The notes under the pieces are model-generated. The model worked only from the letters and a program-made list of their open reading frames with translations. It had not been told where the DNA came from and made no database searches. A DNA stretch of 63,518 nt, counting the filler, from Octopus bimaculoides (lineage: Eukaryota): assembly GCF_001194135.2 (NCBI RefSeq). It is 6 parts of 6 records of this genome, joined end to end, with 100 filler letters (N's around TTAATTAATTAA, not from the genome) between each part and the next. Parts side by side here need not be neighbours in the genome. Positions count along the whole stretch, not along the records: positions 32,799 to 46,128 come from NC_068988.1; positions 46,229 to 51,964 come from NC_069004.1; 4 more parts are not named here. One strand, 5' to 3'. This document shows, piece after piece, positions 35,480 to 47,006 of this stretch (position 1 is its first letter; every line of letters begins with the position of its first letter). The translations under genes were made by a program, and so were the position numbers.

Positions 35480-35576
35480 AACTTGCCGGTTCCTTGTTCA
35501 CGTGATTGTTGATTTAATCAATATTTTCCCCTCACCGGCAATTAACCGTTTCTTCAGTGACTGCCTGCAGTTGCAG
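35480..35576 (+). promoter_or_regulatory. Candidate non-coding first exon or promoter with E-box
   Basis: TCACGTGA at 35498-35505, CCGG motifs and a near-consensus donor GCAG|gtgagt at 35576/35577; unique, non-repeat context. Confidence 0.35.
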
Positions 35577-36214
35577 GTGAGTCATTCGTGAACAGGTAAC
35601 GTTGACTATCAGAAAACTTTATACAATACCTGGCGCTTTAACTTTTATCAGCCAAGTGGGTAACGGCGAGTTAGGGCAGGGTGAGATAAAAGGGAAAGAA
35701 AGGAGACGAGAATCAGATAAAAATAAAATACTTAATACTTTTAAAGCATTAAATTAAAGGAGAAACACAGAGAAAAGTGGGTGGCTTGTGTAAGTGTGAG
35801 GGGGTAGTAGCTTGTGGGGAGGGAGAAAGACGATAGGTACAATAATTGTTTCTAATTTAGGCATATGGCTAACAATTTTGAAGAGATGCGTCGAGGTCAG
35901 CCGATTACATCGACACCAGTACGTGACTGATATTTCATTTTATCAACCCTGGAGGGAAGTAAAGTTAACTTCGACAGGATTTGTATTCACAACTTAAAAT
36001 AATCGGGACAAATAAATAGCGTGACGTAATTTTTTCTTCGTCGACCCTCCACCCATTTTGCAAGAATTGCGTGTTCATCTTTTTACTTTTCTGTCTTTTG
36101 GTGACAACAGGGAAAGAATAAAAAAAACAGGAGAAACAGAAAAATGGATAGAAGTAAAGAGAGAGAGAGAGGGGAGTGGGAGCAAACGTATAATGTTAAA
36201 TTCTTTTCTTCTCT

Positions 36215-36408
36215 AGGCACAAGATCTGAAATTTTGGGAGAAGTCAATTAGATCGACCCCAGTACACAACTGGTGCTTAATTTATCGACCCAGAAAAGAT
36301 GAAAAGCAAAGTCGACCGCGGCGGAATTTGAACTCAGAACGTAAAGACAGACAAAATACCGCTAAGCATTTCGTCCGGCGTGCTAACGTTTCTGCCAGCT
36401 CGTCACCT
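36215..36408 (-). mobile_element. SINE family A
   Basis: Reverse-complement copy. Confidence 0.85.
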
Positions 36409-36789
36409 TAAGATAATGTTTTAATTCGACAGAGCACAAAGAGAGCTTTTGTAGAGAGAAGTTTATTAGTTACGAATAATAAACATTTTACAAACTCTTT
36501 TTCGGAAAGTATATTACTGGTACTTATTTTATGGACATTTGAGAGAAAAACATCAAACAGATACTGTAAACACTACTTCAAATGATGGCCCTCACCTACT
36601 GACGATCTCTCCAGGCAAAAGCACGTCTTAACACAGCCAGAACCACATTCCCCAAAACTAGTCTTTCTCTTTAAGACCATAAGGTATTTCGACTGCCAAC
36701 AGTTATTGACATTCTACTCCACAATGGAGCACTGCTCCTCTCACCCACCTAAGATGGTGTTGCTGTTACTAAGTACACAGACATCTTGA

Positions 36790-37118
36790 ATTAACCATTA
36801 AACAAAATAAGCACAGGCTTGGGGGGAGGCAGGGGAAGTGGAGCACCTCAAAAATGGTAAATGGTTTTACGGCACAAAAGAAATCACTTTAAACTTACTA
36901 AAATAATATACGGGACACCTTATCTCTACTGAGTAAAGAAACAAATGTATTACGTAAGATTAATTTTGAGGATCTGATCAAAGACTTTGCAATTAAATTT
37001 AGTAGATACAAATAAAGGGGAAGTCTACAAAAATAAACATTATTTCTCATGTTACCGTTAATTTTGTTTCTATATATTTAAGTGCTCAGGGCTTCTGCGG
37101 TTCTTAATCCGGCTCTGA
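36790..37118 (+). mobile_element. MITE-like dispersed repeat ending in aatccggc(c/t)ctg, copy 1
   Basis: Shares blocks (gtaaatggttt..gcacaaa.gaaatcactttaaactt.ctaaaataa; ggatctgatcaaagac.ttgcaatta; aaaataaacattattt) with 60392-60837. Confidence 0.6.
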
Positions 37119-38530
37119 GTACACAGATATCCTGAAATCGCATTCAATGAAGGACCACTCGGCTGATTGGCAATCCATCACTAACAGACATGCTCAAGCC
37201 CGCAGGTAGCTTACCTGGAATAGACGGGTGGAGATGGGAGACGGGGGAGAGAGAAGCAGGCCATCTCAGGGACGCTTTTATAAAGGTGATACTTTTGGGT
37301 CAACTGTATAAGCTTGCATAGCGGCGGCCAATTCGCAGACTACCACGGGCGGCGCACATTCTAGCCCAGTCACTGTGACCCACAAGAGTGCTGTCTCCCC
37401 ACCCTGTCTTTTCTATTATTAGTATAATCGTCTTTGCTCCTTGCAGCCAACTGGTCTCATACAATCACTACTCAAGCCACTTGTGGAGATCAGGCATCAT
37501 CACCAAACTGCAATAGTTTCACATGATCGGCCCATTAAGCAACCAATCACCGTCAAGCTATCACGTGATTCAATTTCTTAGAATCTTCTACTCGTACCCT
37601 TTATAAGCCGCTTTTGGTACCTGAACTCTTTGCAGAGCTTTGAGAAAGGTTGATTCATTCACACGTCTCACCGCTTGCTAGGAAGAATGTTGAGGCAGCT
37701 GGGCGACGTGTCTCCATTCTTGTCACAGCCACACGATCCAGGAAGACGGTTAAAACAAAAAGCAAACACATGACAGGAATGTCCGTCACCACGAATATAG
37801 CAGAATTGTTTCCAGTTATGCTGGGCCAGCCACATGTTACTACATCAATAAACCCATCCTAAACTCCAAGCAGCATGTCTCTCCCAGTATGTAATTATTG
37901 CTACTGTTATCTGTAAAAGACCAACGCAGTTAAAACTCTATGTGCAATAATAAAATCTTTTGTTAATTGTTCGCGGATGTTGTTAAGTTACTTCTTCACG
38001 AAACCCAAGAAACACATTTCCATTCATCAACTCAGCCAGTCACCACATCAGATCAGCCGACAGCAACCCTCACGACACACTCGTCACTCCACTTATTGTC
38101 ACCCTTGCATCACCCCCCCCTCTCTCTCTCTCTCCCTCTCTCTCTCTCCCTCCACTATGCCCAACCCTTCTTTCTCCAGCCCTTTCTCCCCTCTGCTTAT
38201 GTCTCTCCCAGATGTTGATCTGTAACAGTTTAAACAGAATATTAACAGCATCAGTCTCGCCAGTCCCAGAGGCCCTGTAAGGGTCATCAGTTATTTCCTT
38301 CAAACCCCCAAAGAAAGAAGAAAACCAAAATACAATTCGAGTCTCAGCTAACTCTGCCAATCAAGGAAGAATTCACGTCAATATATATTTCGGTAACATT
38401 TGTATATGAATTAACCGAAATATCTTGGAATAAACAAAATGTCTTTTGTGTAGTTTTGAAAAGCTGGCGAGAAATAATTGTATGGGAAAGAAAGAAAGAA
38501 AATATCAGTCAATAACTGAGATTAGAGGAA

Positions 38531-38583
<53 letters not shown>

Positions 38584-38881
38584 TGATAACATGGGAGACA
38601 ACTTCAGACATATTTCGATATTATTCAGATCACATTAGCGAATAGATTTCACCGCAATTAATCAAGAAAGCAACTGGAGAATCGTCCTTATCTAAATGTA
38701 CACGGCGTAGGCACAGTGACAAAGCGTGAGGTTTGGCCGTTCTATGAGGTTAACCAAACCGTCTGTCCGGCTTTCTTAAACGTAACAAGCTTTCGATCTT
38801 CTTTTTTAACTTTTCCCAATGAGTCATATGCACCTGGGTACACTATTGTTGTTGTCATTATTGGCGGCCGGGTGGCATATA

Positions 38882-39078
38882 AGGCGGCCGGGTGGCAGAA
38901 CCGTTAGCACACCAGGCAAAATACTTAGTAGTATTTCGCCCATCTTCTCGCTCTGAGTTCAAATTCCGTCGAGGTCGACTTTGCCTTTCATCCTTTTAGG
39001 GTCGATAAATTAAGTACCAGTTGAGTACTGGGGTCGATATAATCGACTACCCCCCCCCCAAATGTCAAGCCTTGTGCC
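38882..39078 (+). mobile_element. SINE family A
   Basis: Forward copy. Confidence 0.85.
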
Positions 39079-39379
39079 TGGCGTGTGATCTACAAGGGAG
39101 ATTACTGCAGGGCATGCTTAGCATTGTAAATGTATTTTTTCAAAATTCATCTTATTTTAATAATAAGAACACCATGTTTCATCTATGTCTTAGTAAATAA
39201 TAATAATAAGAAACCAAAAATAAACAATACAATAATAAAAATAAGCACATGGATCACCCACCAAAGTAAATTTGCTCACGTAGATCACACGGAAAGTAGC
39301 ACTAACACAAACTAAATTTTAAAATAACCTAAAGTAATCTCCCTTGAATTTGTAGATCACACGCCAAAGTGGCACCAAA

Positions 39380-39560
39380 GGCGGCGAGCTGGCAGAATCG
39401 TTAGCACGCCGGACGAAGTGCTTCGCAGTATTTCGTCTGCCGCTACGTTCTGAGTTCAAATTCCGCCGAGGTCGACTTTGCATTCCATCCTTTCGGGTTT
39501 CATAAAATAAGTACTAGTTGAATACTGGGATCGATGTAATCGACTCATCCCTTCCTTGTG
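39380..39560 (+). mobile_element. SINE family A
   Basis: Forward, near-consensus copy. Confidence 0.85.
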
Positions 39561-39577
39561 GGAAAATTCGAAACCAT

Positions 39578-39627
39578 TCTTCTTCTTCTTCTTCTTCTTC
39601 TTCTTCTTCTTCTTCTTCTTCTTCTTC

Positions 39628-39725
<98 letters not shown>

Positions 39726-39730
39726 TTATT
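39578..39730. repeat. Compound trinucleotide repeat (TTC)n(TAT)n(TAC)n between two SINEs
   Basis: Direct reading. Confidence 0.95.
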
Positions 39731-39746
39731 GTGAGGATGCATGGCC

Positions 39747-40020
39747 TAGTGGCTAGGATGTTGCAGTCACGATCGTAAGATCGTGGTTTCAATTCCTGGA
39801 CCGGGCGGTGCGTCATGTTCTTGAGCAAAACGATTCATCTTACGTTGTTTTGCGATCACTCCGACGCCTGACGCGTGGTACACCGTTCACCTGTTCAAAC
39901 AACGTCGATTGGATGGAGAGAGAGTTGAGCCAATACTGTCCTACACGAACATTTGACCATTATAAACAAACCATTTGTGCACGTCGTTTGGCAAACAGCT
40001 GAACACTCATACGTCACGCT
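39747..40020 (+). mobile_element. SINE family B
   Basis: ggcctagtggctaggatgttgcagtcacg head. Confidence 0.8.
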
Positions 40021-40507
40021 CGACGGGAAAGTCCTCCACCCCACCCACCACTACCACCACCATCATCATCATCATCATCATCCAAAATACATCTTACAAC
40101 AGACAAAACTCCTCTGTGTCCGTTAATTGTAGGACGTTCTCATCGGCAAACTTAACGCTGTGGTGGTCAACAGCAGAGTTTCTCATGAGAAAGGACTGTA
40201 TGGATTGCCAAAAAGGGAGAGATAAACATAGCAATCATTGGACATGGATGGGGAAGAAGTCTATGGCTTCAGCTCTTTGCTGCGAGAGGTTTGAAAATGT
40301 TACATCCAATTTAGGGTAAAACACCGGAACGAAAATCATTGCTGAAAGAATGCAACTAAAAGAGACAAACTAACAAAATAAAAGAAAGGGATTAAGCTGT
40401 CTTAAGCCCAACGGAGTTATGTCCCTTAGATCGGTCTCTTTCTAATTAGTGACTTGCCAGAATTGAGATGGCAAACGTCGGCCCATTTTTATGTGATAAT
40501 TGATTGT

Positions 40508-40626
40508 AGGGTGAAGAGGAAGTAAGGGTGAAGAGGAAGTAAGGGTGAAGAGGAAGTAAGGGTGAAGAGGAAGTAAGGGTGAAGAGGAAGTAAGGGTGAA
40601 GAGGAAGTAAGGATGAAGAGGAAGTA
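40508..40626 (+). repeat. 17-bp minisatellite, 7 copies (agggtgaagaggaagta)
   Basis: Six identical units plus one with a single substitution. Confidence 0.97.
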
Positions 40627-40749
40627 AGGAACAAGTGGGGATAGAGAGACAGATGCGCAGGCAAAGGTGGAGGAGCGTAATGGAACAGAAGAGGATATTT
40701 TTAAAAACGTCTGCTTGTGTATATACATGAGTGTGCGTATAAGTGCCAT

Positions 40750-40985
40750 GTAGGTGCTTAGTGGTTAAGGGTGTTGCACTCATGATCGTAAGAATGTGGT
40801 TTCGATTCCTAGACCGGGCAATACATTATGTTCTTGAGCAAAACACTTTATTTCAATTTGTTCCAGTCCACTTAGGCGGCAAGCATGAGTAATCCTGCGA
40901 TGGACCAGTGTCCCGTCCAGGAAGTAAGAGGGTGAGGAATATATGCGTCACAGAATCTAGGAAACGACCTTATGAGCCTAAGGCT
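40750..40985 (+). mobile_element. SINE family B
   Basis: gcttagtggttaagggtgttgcactcatg head. Confidence 0.8.
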
Positions 40986-41179
40986 CAAAAAGGACTCCTC
41001 TCTCTCTTTGATATAAAGGTTGGAGGAGGAAAAATATTAACTTCCCATTTATAGTGTAAGAAGGACCAATGTGGGAGGAACCAACCATTATATAGGATGG
41101 TGCACGAAAAAGGAAAGCCGGGTGCCGTAGCATAGTGTAAATAGAGAAATAAATTTGCAAGTGCTGGAATGGTTGTCGC

Positions 41180-41640
41180 TGGCCATTAGCAACGCTATTC
41201 GGAAGCCCTGTGCAGTTATCGACTCGTTTGCTTTTGCCATCCATTTTTAATTGCTGTACATATGTGAAATGATATGAATTCAACTTTAGACTATTCAACA
41301 CCCATTGGCATGACTTCCTGCTTGAGTGAGACTGCAGCACTGACTTCTTCGGATTTCGAGTAGTCCTTTGGCGAATGTCCTGAATAATGTCCAATGTTCG
41401 AACCGTAGAATCTCTTTGTTTTGGGGTGTTGTACTCCGGTCCTGAAGTGTATCATTTCTTAAGCAACATTTGTAGCATTCGTTTGCCGCTAAGCCTTTAC
41501 TTGGAAACTCGACTTCAAAAATTTTATGCATTTCCTTAACAGAACACCATCTCACATATACTTCCACAACCTGCACTTTTTCCGCTAATGAGATGAAAGT
41601 TCTCAGGTAATTTTTTTTCAAGTAAATAAATGTTTATATA
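41180..41640 (-). mobile_element. Tc1/mariner-like transposase N-terminal (HTH) remnant, frameshifted
   Basis: Two overlapping frames: EKVQVVEVY...SVKEMHKIFEVEFPSK... and DIIQDIRQRTTRNPKKS...SRKSCQWVLNSLKLNSYHFTYVQQLKMDGKSKRV, typical of the DUF4817-type transposase N-terminus. Confidence 0.6.
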
Positions 41641-41804
41641 AGAGAAATGAGTTAATTGTTAGGGTTGTGTCACGGTGTATTTTTTATGTGATCTCCCACC
41701 ACTAACTTTAGAACCTGATAACGCCTCTACACTGACAACAGGGTCAGTCCTCTCTCCCCAGAACGTCATCATCTTCAACAACCCTTAAACATTACAGTCT
41801 CAAG

Positions 41805-42140
41805 TCCTACGACTCATAGGGCCAGTTATTCGGTTTCCATGGTGCGTTAGTGGGTAAAGAATACGTACACCATCCGTTTTCGGCGTAACAAAAACCCTAA
41901 CCCTAAACACCGGGTGTGCATATTCTTTACTTTCGCCGCGTAAGTAACCGAGATCGCACCATCGTCCCTAAACGGGTCGCCAGTCCGTTGCAGAATTACT
42001 CATTTACAGCTGAGTGAAACGGAATAACGTGAAATGAAGTATTTTGCTCAAGAATACAACGCACCGCCCGGTCCAGGAACCGAAATCACGATCTTGAGAT
42101 TGTAAGTGCAACAGCCTAACCACTAGGCCACGCGCCTTCA
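41805..42140 (-). mobile_element. SINE family B interrupted by a 77-bp fold-back insert
   Basis: Reverse-complement copy with an insertion at 41854-41930. Confidence 0.75.
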
Positions 42141-43046
42141 CGCTTAGAATCCACCTGGAATTTACTCCCACCTTGATGTCTTTCTCATAGGTGTTAACCT
42201 GAAACTATTCAAACAGAACATTGACAGTATTAAACTCCCCAAAGTTAAAGGAACAACAATGGACATGGCCATGGTTCCAGAACCAGCAGCAAAACAAAGA
42301 AGTTGCAGAAGTATGCAGTGAACAAAGAAGTCCCTTCCTCCAGACCAATTCTATAGAAAAAGGTTCCAACTGAATATCAGCTGCAACGACAACGAAAGCA
42401 AATTAAAGTCATGTAAAGATCAATTAGTCGTCGGATTTCTTTCTCTGACTTTCTAATAAAGAAATTATTAAGCGGAGCCGAACTTCTTTCACTTAGAAAA
42501 TGACCGACAGAAAATACAGGGTTGTTACATAAATTCATTCCTTTTTTTTTTTTTTAAATTTTTTTTTTACCATTTTAATCCTTTCTAAAACTACTTGAAT
42601 TAACACGAAAAATACTTTTATAGAAATGTTTATGGCTTTTCTACAACTTTTGTTTATCATTTTTAAAATTTGTATAAATTTAACCTTTTTTTTCCCTGAC
42701 AAATAATAGTACTAAACAAAATGTCACAACAAAACAAGAAGAATAAAAACGAGCGAATTTATCTGACAACTTTATGTCTCTATTGATCTCACCGTTTCTT
42801 GATGCAAGGGAAGTAACCTTCTTACCTTAAGTACATTATTTCTAGAGCACTTACATTAAATTTTGGTCTAATCAATAATAATTACATAATTAATTATATT
42901 AATTGCAATTAAATTTAAATATATCATGATATGATAATTATCATAGGTAGGTGAAGTAGCATAATGTTCTTTGTAAATATTTCAATTTTCATTTCGTTAA
43001 CAAGACACCGGTTTCCATTCCGGTTTTTATAGAAACTGTTTTTAAA

Positions 43047-43187
43047 ATGGCGAGCAAATCTCCATCAAATTGGAAACCGATCGAAATTGACCCACAATTT
43101 TTTTCTGACAAGGAATTTAAGAACCTTGTCTGCATAGAAGAAGTTAATGACTATGAAATTGTGAATGGACAGATTATTTTAGGCTCT
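43047..43187 (+). CDS. DDX24: DEAD-box RNA helicase DDX24/MAK5-like, first coding exon
   Basis: aaaATGGCG start and donor TCT|gtaagt; MASKSPSNWKPIEIDPQFFSDKEFKNLVCIEEVNDYEIVNGQIILGS matches the DDX24 N-terminal motif as I recall it from human (WKEVKIDPNMF...LVCFEELTDYQLV). Recognised from memory, not by search. Confidence 0.85.
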
Positions 43188-43899
43188 GTAAGTATATATG
43201 CTTGTGATGTGTGAATGTCCTGGCTATGTCCACCGACCCACCACGTGTGTGTCGTGTCTCCGTCCGTCCTGTTTGGTGTGTGTCAACTCTTTTCGGTATC
43301 ATTTTAGGATTACACCCGCTCATGAGATGAGTGTAAGAGTTAATATTTATGCGGAAGGGGCATGGAATGGAGAGTCGGGGTAGAAAATTTTAAAAAGAAT
43401 TATATTTGTGTATGTAATCGGTACCACGTTCGATTGTAATCGGTCGCTGCAATGATAAGTCCTGGGAGAAAATTTTCCACCAATGGGCCCTGATTAACGT
43501 CATTTGGACAAAACCATCTTTTCTTCCTTGTTCTTTTTCTTCACCATGAGGTAATGATTGCTATTCTGAAAGTTCGCTGTTCTTTCGTTGTCTGATCGTT
43601 TAGTAATTAATGATCGAGGTGCCACTGATCGTTTATTGTCGTGTAATACAGACTTTATTTAAATATCGACGTGTGATACTTTATTTTCTCATATCACGAT
43701 CAATTAACAGATCGAATTGCCATTGGAATTAATGATTTCATATTATCGCACAAGGCCAGCAATTTTGCGGGAGGGGTAATTAGATTACATCAACCCCCTA
43801 TACTCAACTGATACTTATTTATCGAACTCATTATAAAGATAGCAGTGTTATTTCCTGCTTGCATCGTTGTTTCCCATTCTGGTGTTGAATCCTTATTCT

Positions 43900-44231
43900 T
43901 TTTATGCAACATCTGTTCATCTTGTGAAAGAGGATATACTTGAAGGGCATTTGGCCATAGAAAATGCTGACCCATGCAACCATGGAACAGTGACCATTAA
44001 AATGATTTGATGTGTGTATATTCTGCCTGTATATCTGTGCACACCTTTCAGTGCGATGTATGCCAGAAGGTTTGCAAATCTAACGGAGGCCTCAAAAGAC
44101 ATTTTAAGACCCACAAAAATCAGAACTTATCTGCAGCTCTTGATGGTCCAAATCAGATGTCCAATCTATGTGGGTGTCTTTTCAATACATTGTCTGGATT
44201 AAAAAGCCACATCAGATGCCATAAGGTGTAG
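43900..44231 (+). mobile_element. RTE/BovB-like LINE ORF2 3' end with C2H2-like zinc fingers, inside DDX24 intron 1
   Basis: LVKEDILEGHLAIE...*...FQCDVCQKVCKSNGGLKRHFKTH...LCGCLFNTLSGLKSHIRCH*; same architecture as the other RTE tails in this window. Confidence 0.55.
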
Positions 44232-44289
44232 GAGGTGGTCAAACTCTGCAAACCACCATATATGTGTGTGTGTGTGCGCATATTTTTAT

Positions 44290-44445
44290 GACAGGCTTCT
44301 TTCAGTTTCTGTCTACCAGTTCCACTTACAAGGCTTTGGTCAGGCCAGGACTATAGTAGAAGACACTTGACAAGGTGCCAAGCAGGGGGACTGAATCCAA
44401 AACGATGTGGTTGGGAAGCAAACTTCTTACCATACTTCTGGTGCC
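44290..44445 (-). mobile_element. SINE family C fragment
   Basis: Reverse complement of the head and body. Confidence 0.7.
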
Positions 44446-44514
44446 ATGTAAAATATTTTCCACTGATATACTGCCAGCTGAATTGTAGTTATTATAAACA
44501 TTTTCTCATTCTAG

Positions 44515-44596
44515 GAATCACAAGAAAAAGCACCAAAGAGAAAATTGACTCAAAATTCTACACAGAAGAAGAGGAAGAAGAAAAAGGCCAAACTTC
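44515..44596 (+). CDS. DDX24: DDX24-like exon 2 (Lys-rich, NLS-like)
   Basis: Acceptor ttctcattctag|GAA and donor TTC|gtaagt; 82 nt, phase 0-1. ESQEKAPKRKLTQNSTQKKRKKKKAKL; EKAPKRK resembles the DDX24 KEAPKRK motif. Confidence 0.8.
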
Positions 44597-45129
44597 GTAA
44601 GTTTTAAAATTAAAAAAAATTTATTTGTTTATTTCCTGATATTTGTTAAACTATTGACTGTAATCAAGTATGTAGAAGTTGTGACGCTGGGGTCCTGGGT
44701 AACATGTTAAATGCAACAGGAGCTCAAATTCAGGTGTAGGCTCGCCAAAACGGGAGTCTGTTAGAAATAGTGGCTAAACTTTCTGCTTTCCATGCTGGTA
44801 TGAGTCAGAGAGACCACCACAGTCCAGGTTGGTTCTCATTTAGAGATACAGACTTTCTAGACAGATGGGAAAACCAAACTTCATTTGTCTGCTTCAATTT
44901 TGGTTAGGTTTCTACAGCTGGATGCCCTTTTTAATGCACTTGGTGCATTAAAGAAGTTGCCATTCTTTGGATGTAACAATCTCTCTTGTACCCTTCCCAG
45001 CACTAACCACTTTATAATTAAATGCTTTTTTATCATTGCACCAGCACCAGTGAGGTTTACATGATTTGAAATTAAATAAGATATAATTTCAGACTGTATT
45101 AATATTTTTTCATTTCCTTTTATTTTCAG

Positions 45130-45168
45130 ATAAAAATGCAGATCTTTCCAAAAAGAAGGCATTGTCTG
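45130..45168 (+). CDS. DDX24: DDX24-like 39-nt mini-exon
   Basis: Strong acceptor tttccttttattttcag| and donor CTG|gtaagt; phase 1-1; (H)KNADLSKKKALS is in frame with the previous exon. Confidence 0.72.
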
Positions 45169-45734
45169 GTAAGTTGATCTGTTACACATTTCTACCTATA
45201 AACCTTGAAATGACCTCATTTAGTTTTTCTTCTATATTTTCTTTAAAAACAAAAAACTGGCTGAGTTGTTAAAGTGTCAGATAGAATTCATTGTACGGGT
45301 TCTTTCAGCTCTACATTCTGAGTTCAAACCCTGCTGAGGTCAACTTTGTCTTTTGGGTGGAGGGGCAGTAAAAAATATGTACCAATCCAGAGTAGTGAAT
45401 TGTTGATGTTGTTGGACTATAGTTTTGTAAACCAGTGCAGTACCCTTTATGTGGCCATTCCATCTGCTAGAGACAGTAACCAAATCACTGCTGTCTTAAA
45501 AAAGGATGTACTCATTGGATGCATTATTCCTAAAAAATGAGAGGGTGGCCATGGCTAGAATGTCCTTGGTCATAGAACTGCTTGATCAGGATCAACTTAC
45601 AACCAAAGACCACATCTACTAATTTATCCAGAACTTTACTAAAGTCTCCACCTCATCAAATTCACTGCTCAAAGCACCTGTTTGAAACGAAGCTTTCTAA
45701 TTAGTCACTCGTTTATGTTTCACATAACCTTCTT

Positions 45735-45990
45735 TAACCCATTTTTTCATTATATTTCTCTTCAAAAACACTGCTTTTGTTTCAACAAATTTTGAAAACA
45801 ATAAAGAGTTTAGTAAAATAATGTTGTCATTAATAAGTTAGGTGTTTAGAACATTAATTAACATTCAATTTTGATGGAAGGTTTTAATTAAGATCCCATT
45901 AAGCCTTTGTTGCCATATTTCTGTTGAAATACATTTCCTTGGTTTCAATCAATTTTGAAACTAATAAAGAATTTAGTGAAATAATTTTGG
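45735..45990 (+). repeat. Two tandem diverged copies of a roughly 165-bp dispersed repeat
   Basis: ttaacccat...tatatttct.tt.aaa.aca...ttt.tttcaa..aattttgaaa..aataaaga.tttagt.aaataat occurs at about 45735 and again at about 45898. Confidence 0.6.
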
Positions 45991-46009
45991 GCGTTTAGTA
46001 TATCAGGCG

Positions 46010-46128
46010 TGAAGGCACAAGGCTCAGTGGTTAGAGCGTGAGACTCACAATCATGAGGTAGTGAGTTCAATTCTCAGACCAGGCTCTGTATTGTGTTCTT
46101 GAGCAAGACACTTTATTTCATGCTGCCC
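46010..46128 (+). mobile_element. SINE family B (runs into a gap)
   Basis: ggctcagtggttagagcg head and ttcttgagcaagacacttta body. Confidence 0.75.
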
Positions 46129-46299
46129 NNNNNNNNNNNNNNNNNNNNNNNNNNNNNNNNNNNNNNNNNNNNTTAATTAATTAANNNNNNNNNNNNNNNN
46201 NNNNNNNNNNNNNNNNNNNNNNNNNNNNATATGCTAGGCCACTGGTTTTAAATTGGTATTAATTAAATTAACACTTAATTTTTCACCCTTATTATCTAA

Positions 46300-46340
<41 letters not shown>

Positions 46341-46975
46341 TATGCAGTAATTTGAACTTGTGTCGATTAGTATGTTGAAGTGCTAAGTAGAGAACTGGTA
46401 TGGTTTGTGCCACCTGCTGCCACCCGCAGTTGGGGTATATTTACGTTGGATCCACTTCAGAAATTCCGTAGCATTAGTTGAGATAATAATAATTAAGATA
46501 AATAGATTGATCTATACATGTATGTATTTATATGTACATACATATGCTTACGAACACATACACACACAGACAAGTATTTTATTCCATAATTTACAAAGGC
46601 GTTTAAAATATATTGAATACATTAAATAAATCTGAAGCAATATTTTATATATTTGAGACTAAGAATTTAGTGGAAGTGTTACTTAAGTTCCATGTAGATT
46701 GTTATGGTACTTCCACATTATGAAAAAAAGAAAGCAAAAAGCATGACAAGAATAAGCCAAAAAACCCCCACAGATATGTTATGGAACAGCACGTGCAAAA
46801 GTAAGATTTTAATTGGGTTCTGCGAAATTAATGTGAGGATATATATCGATGACTGACAAAGAACTTTAAAAAATATATTTAAAATATGCACCAAAATTTA
46901 CGATGAAAAGTAACATTATATGAATCAGATACCTAAAATGATTATGTGTGTATGTGTGTGTGTATAAATATATAT

Positions 46976-47006
<31 letters not shown>

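Noticed and set aside
40508-40626. CRISPR-like array
   Set aside because: The units are directly adjacent with no spacers; eukaryotic minisatellite.
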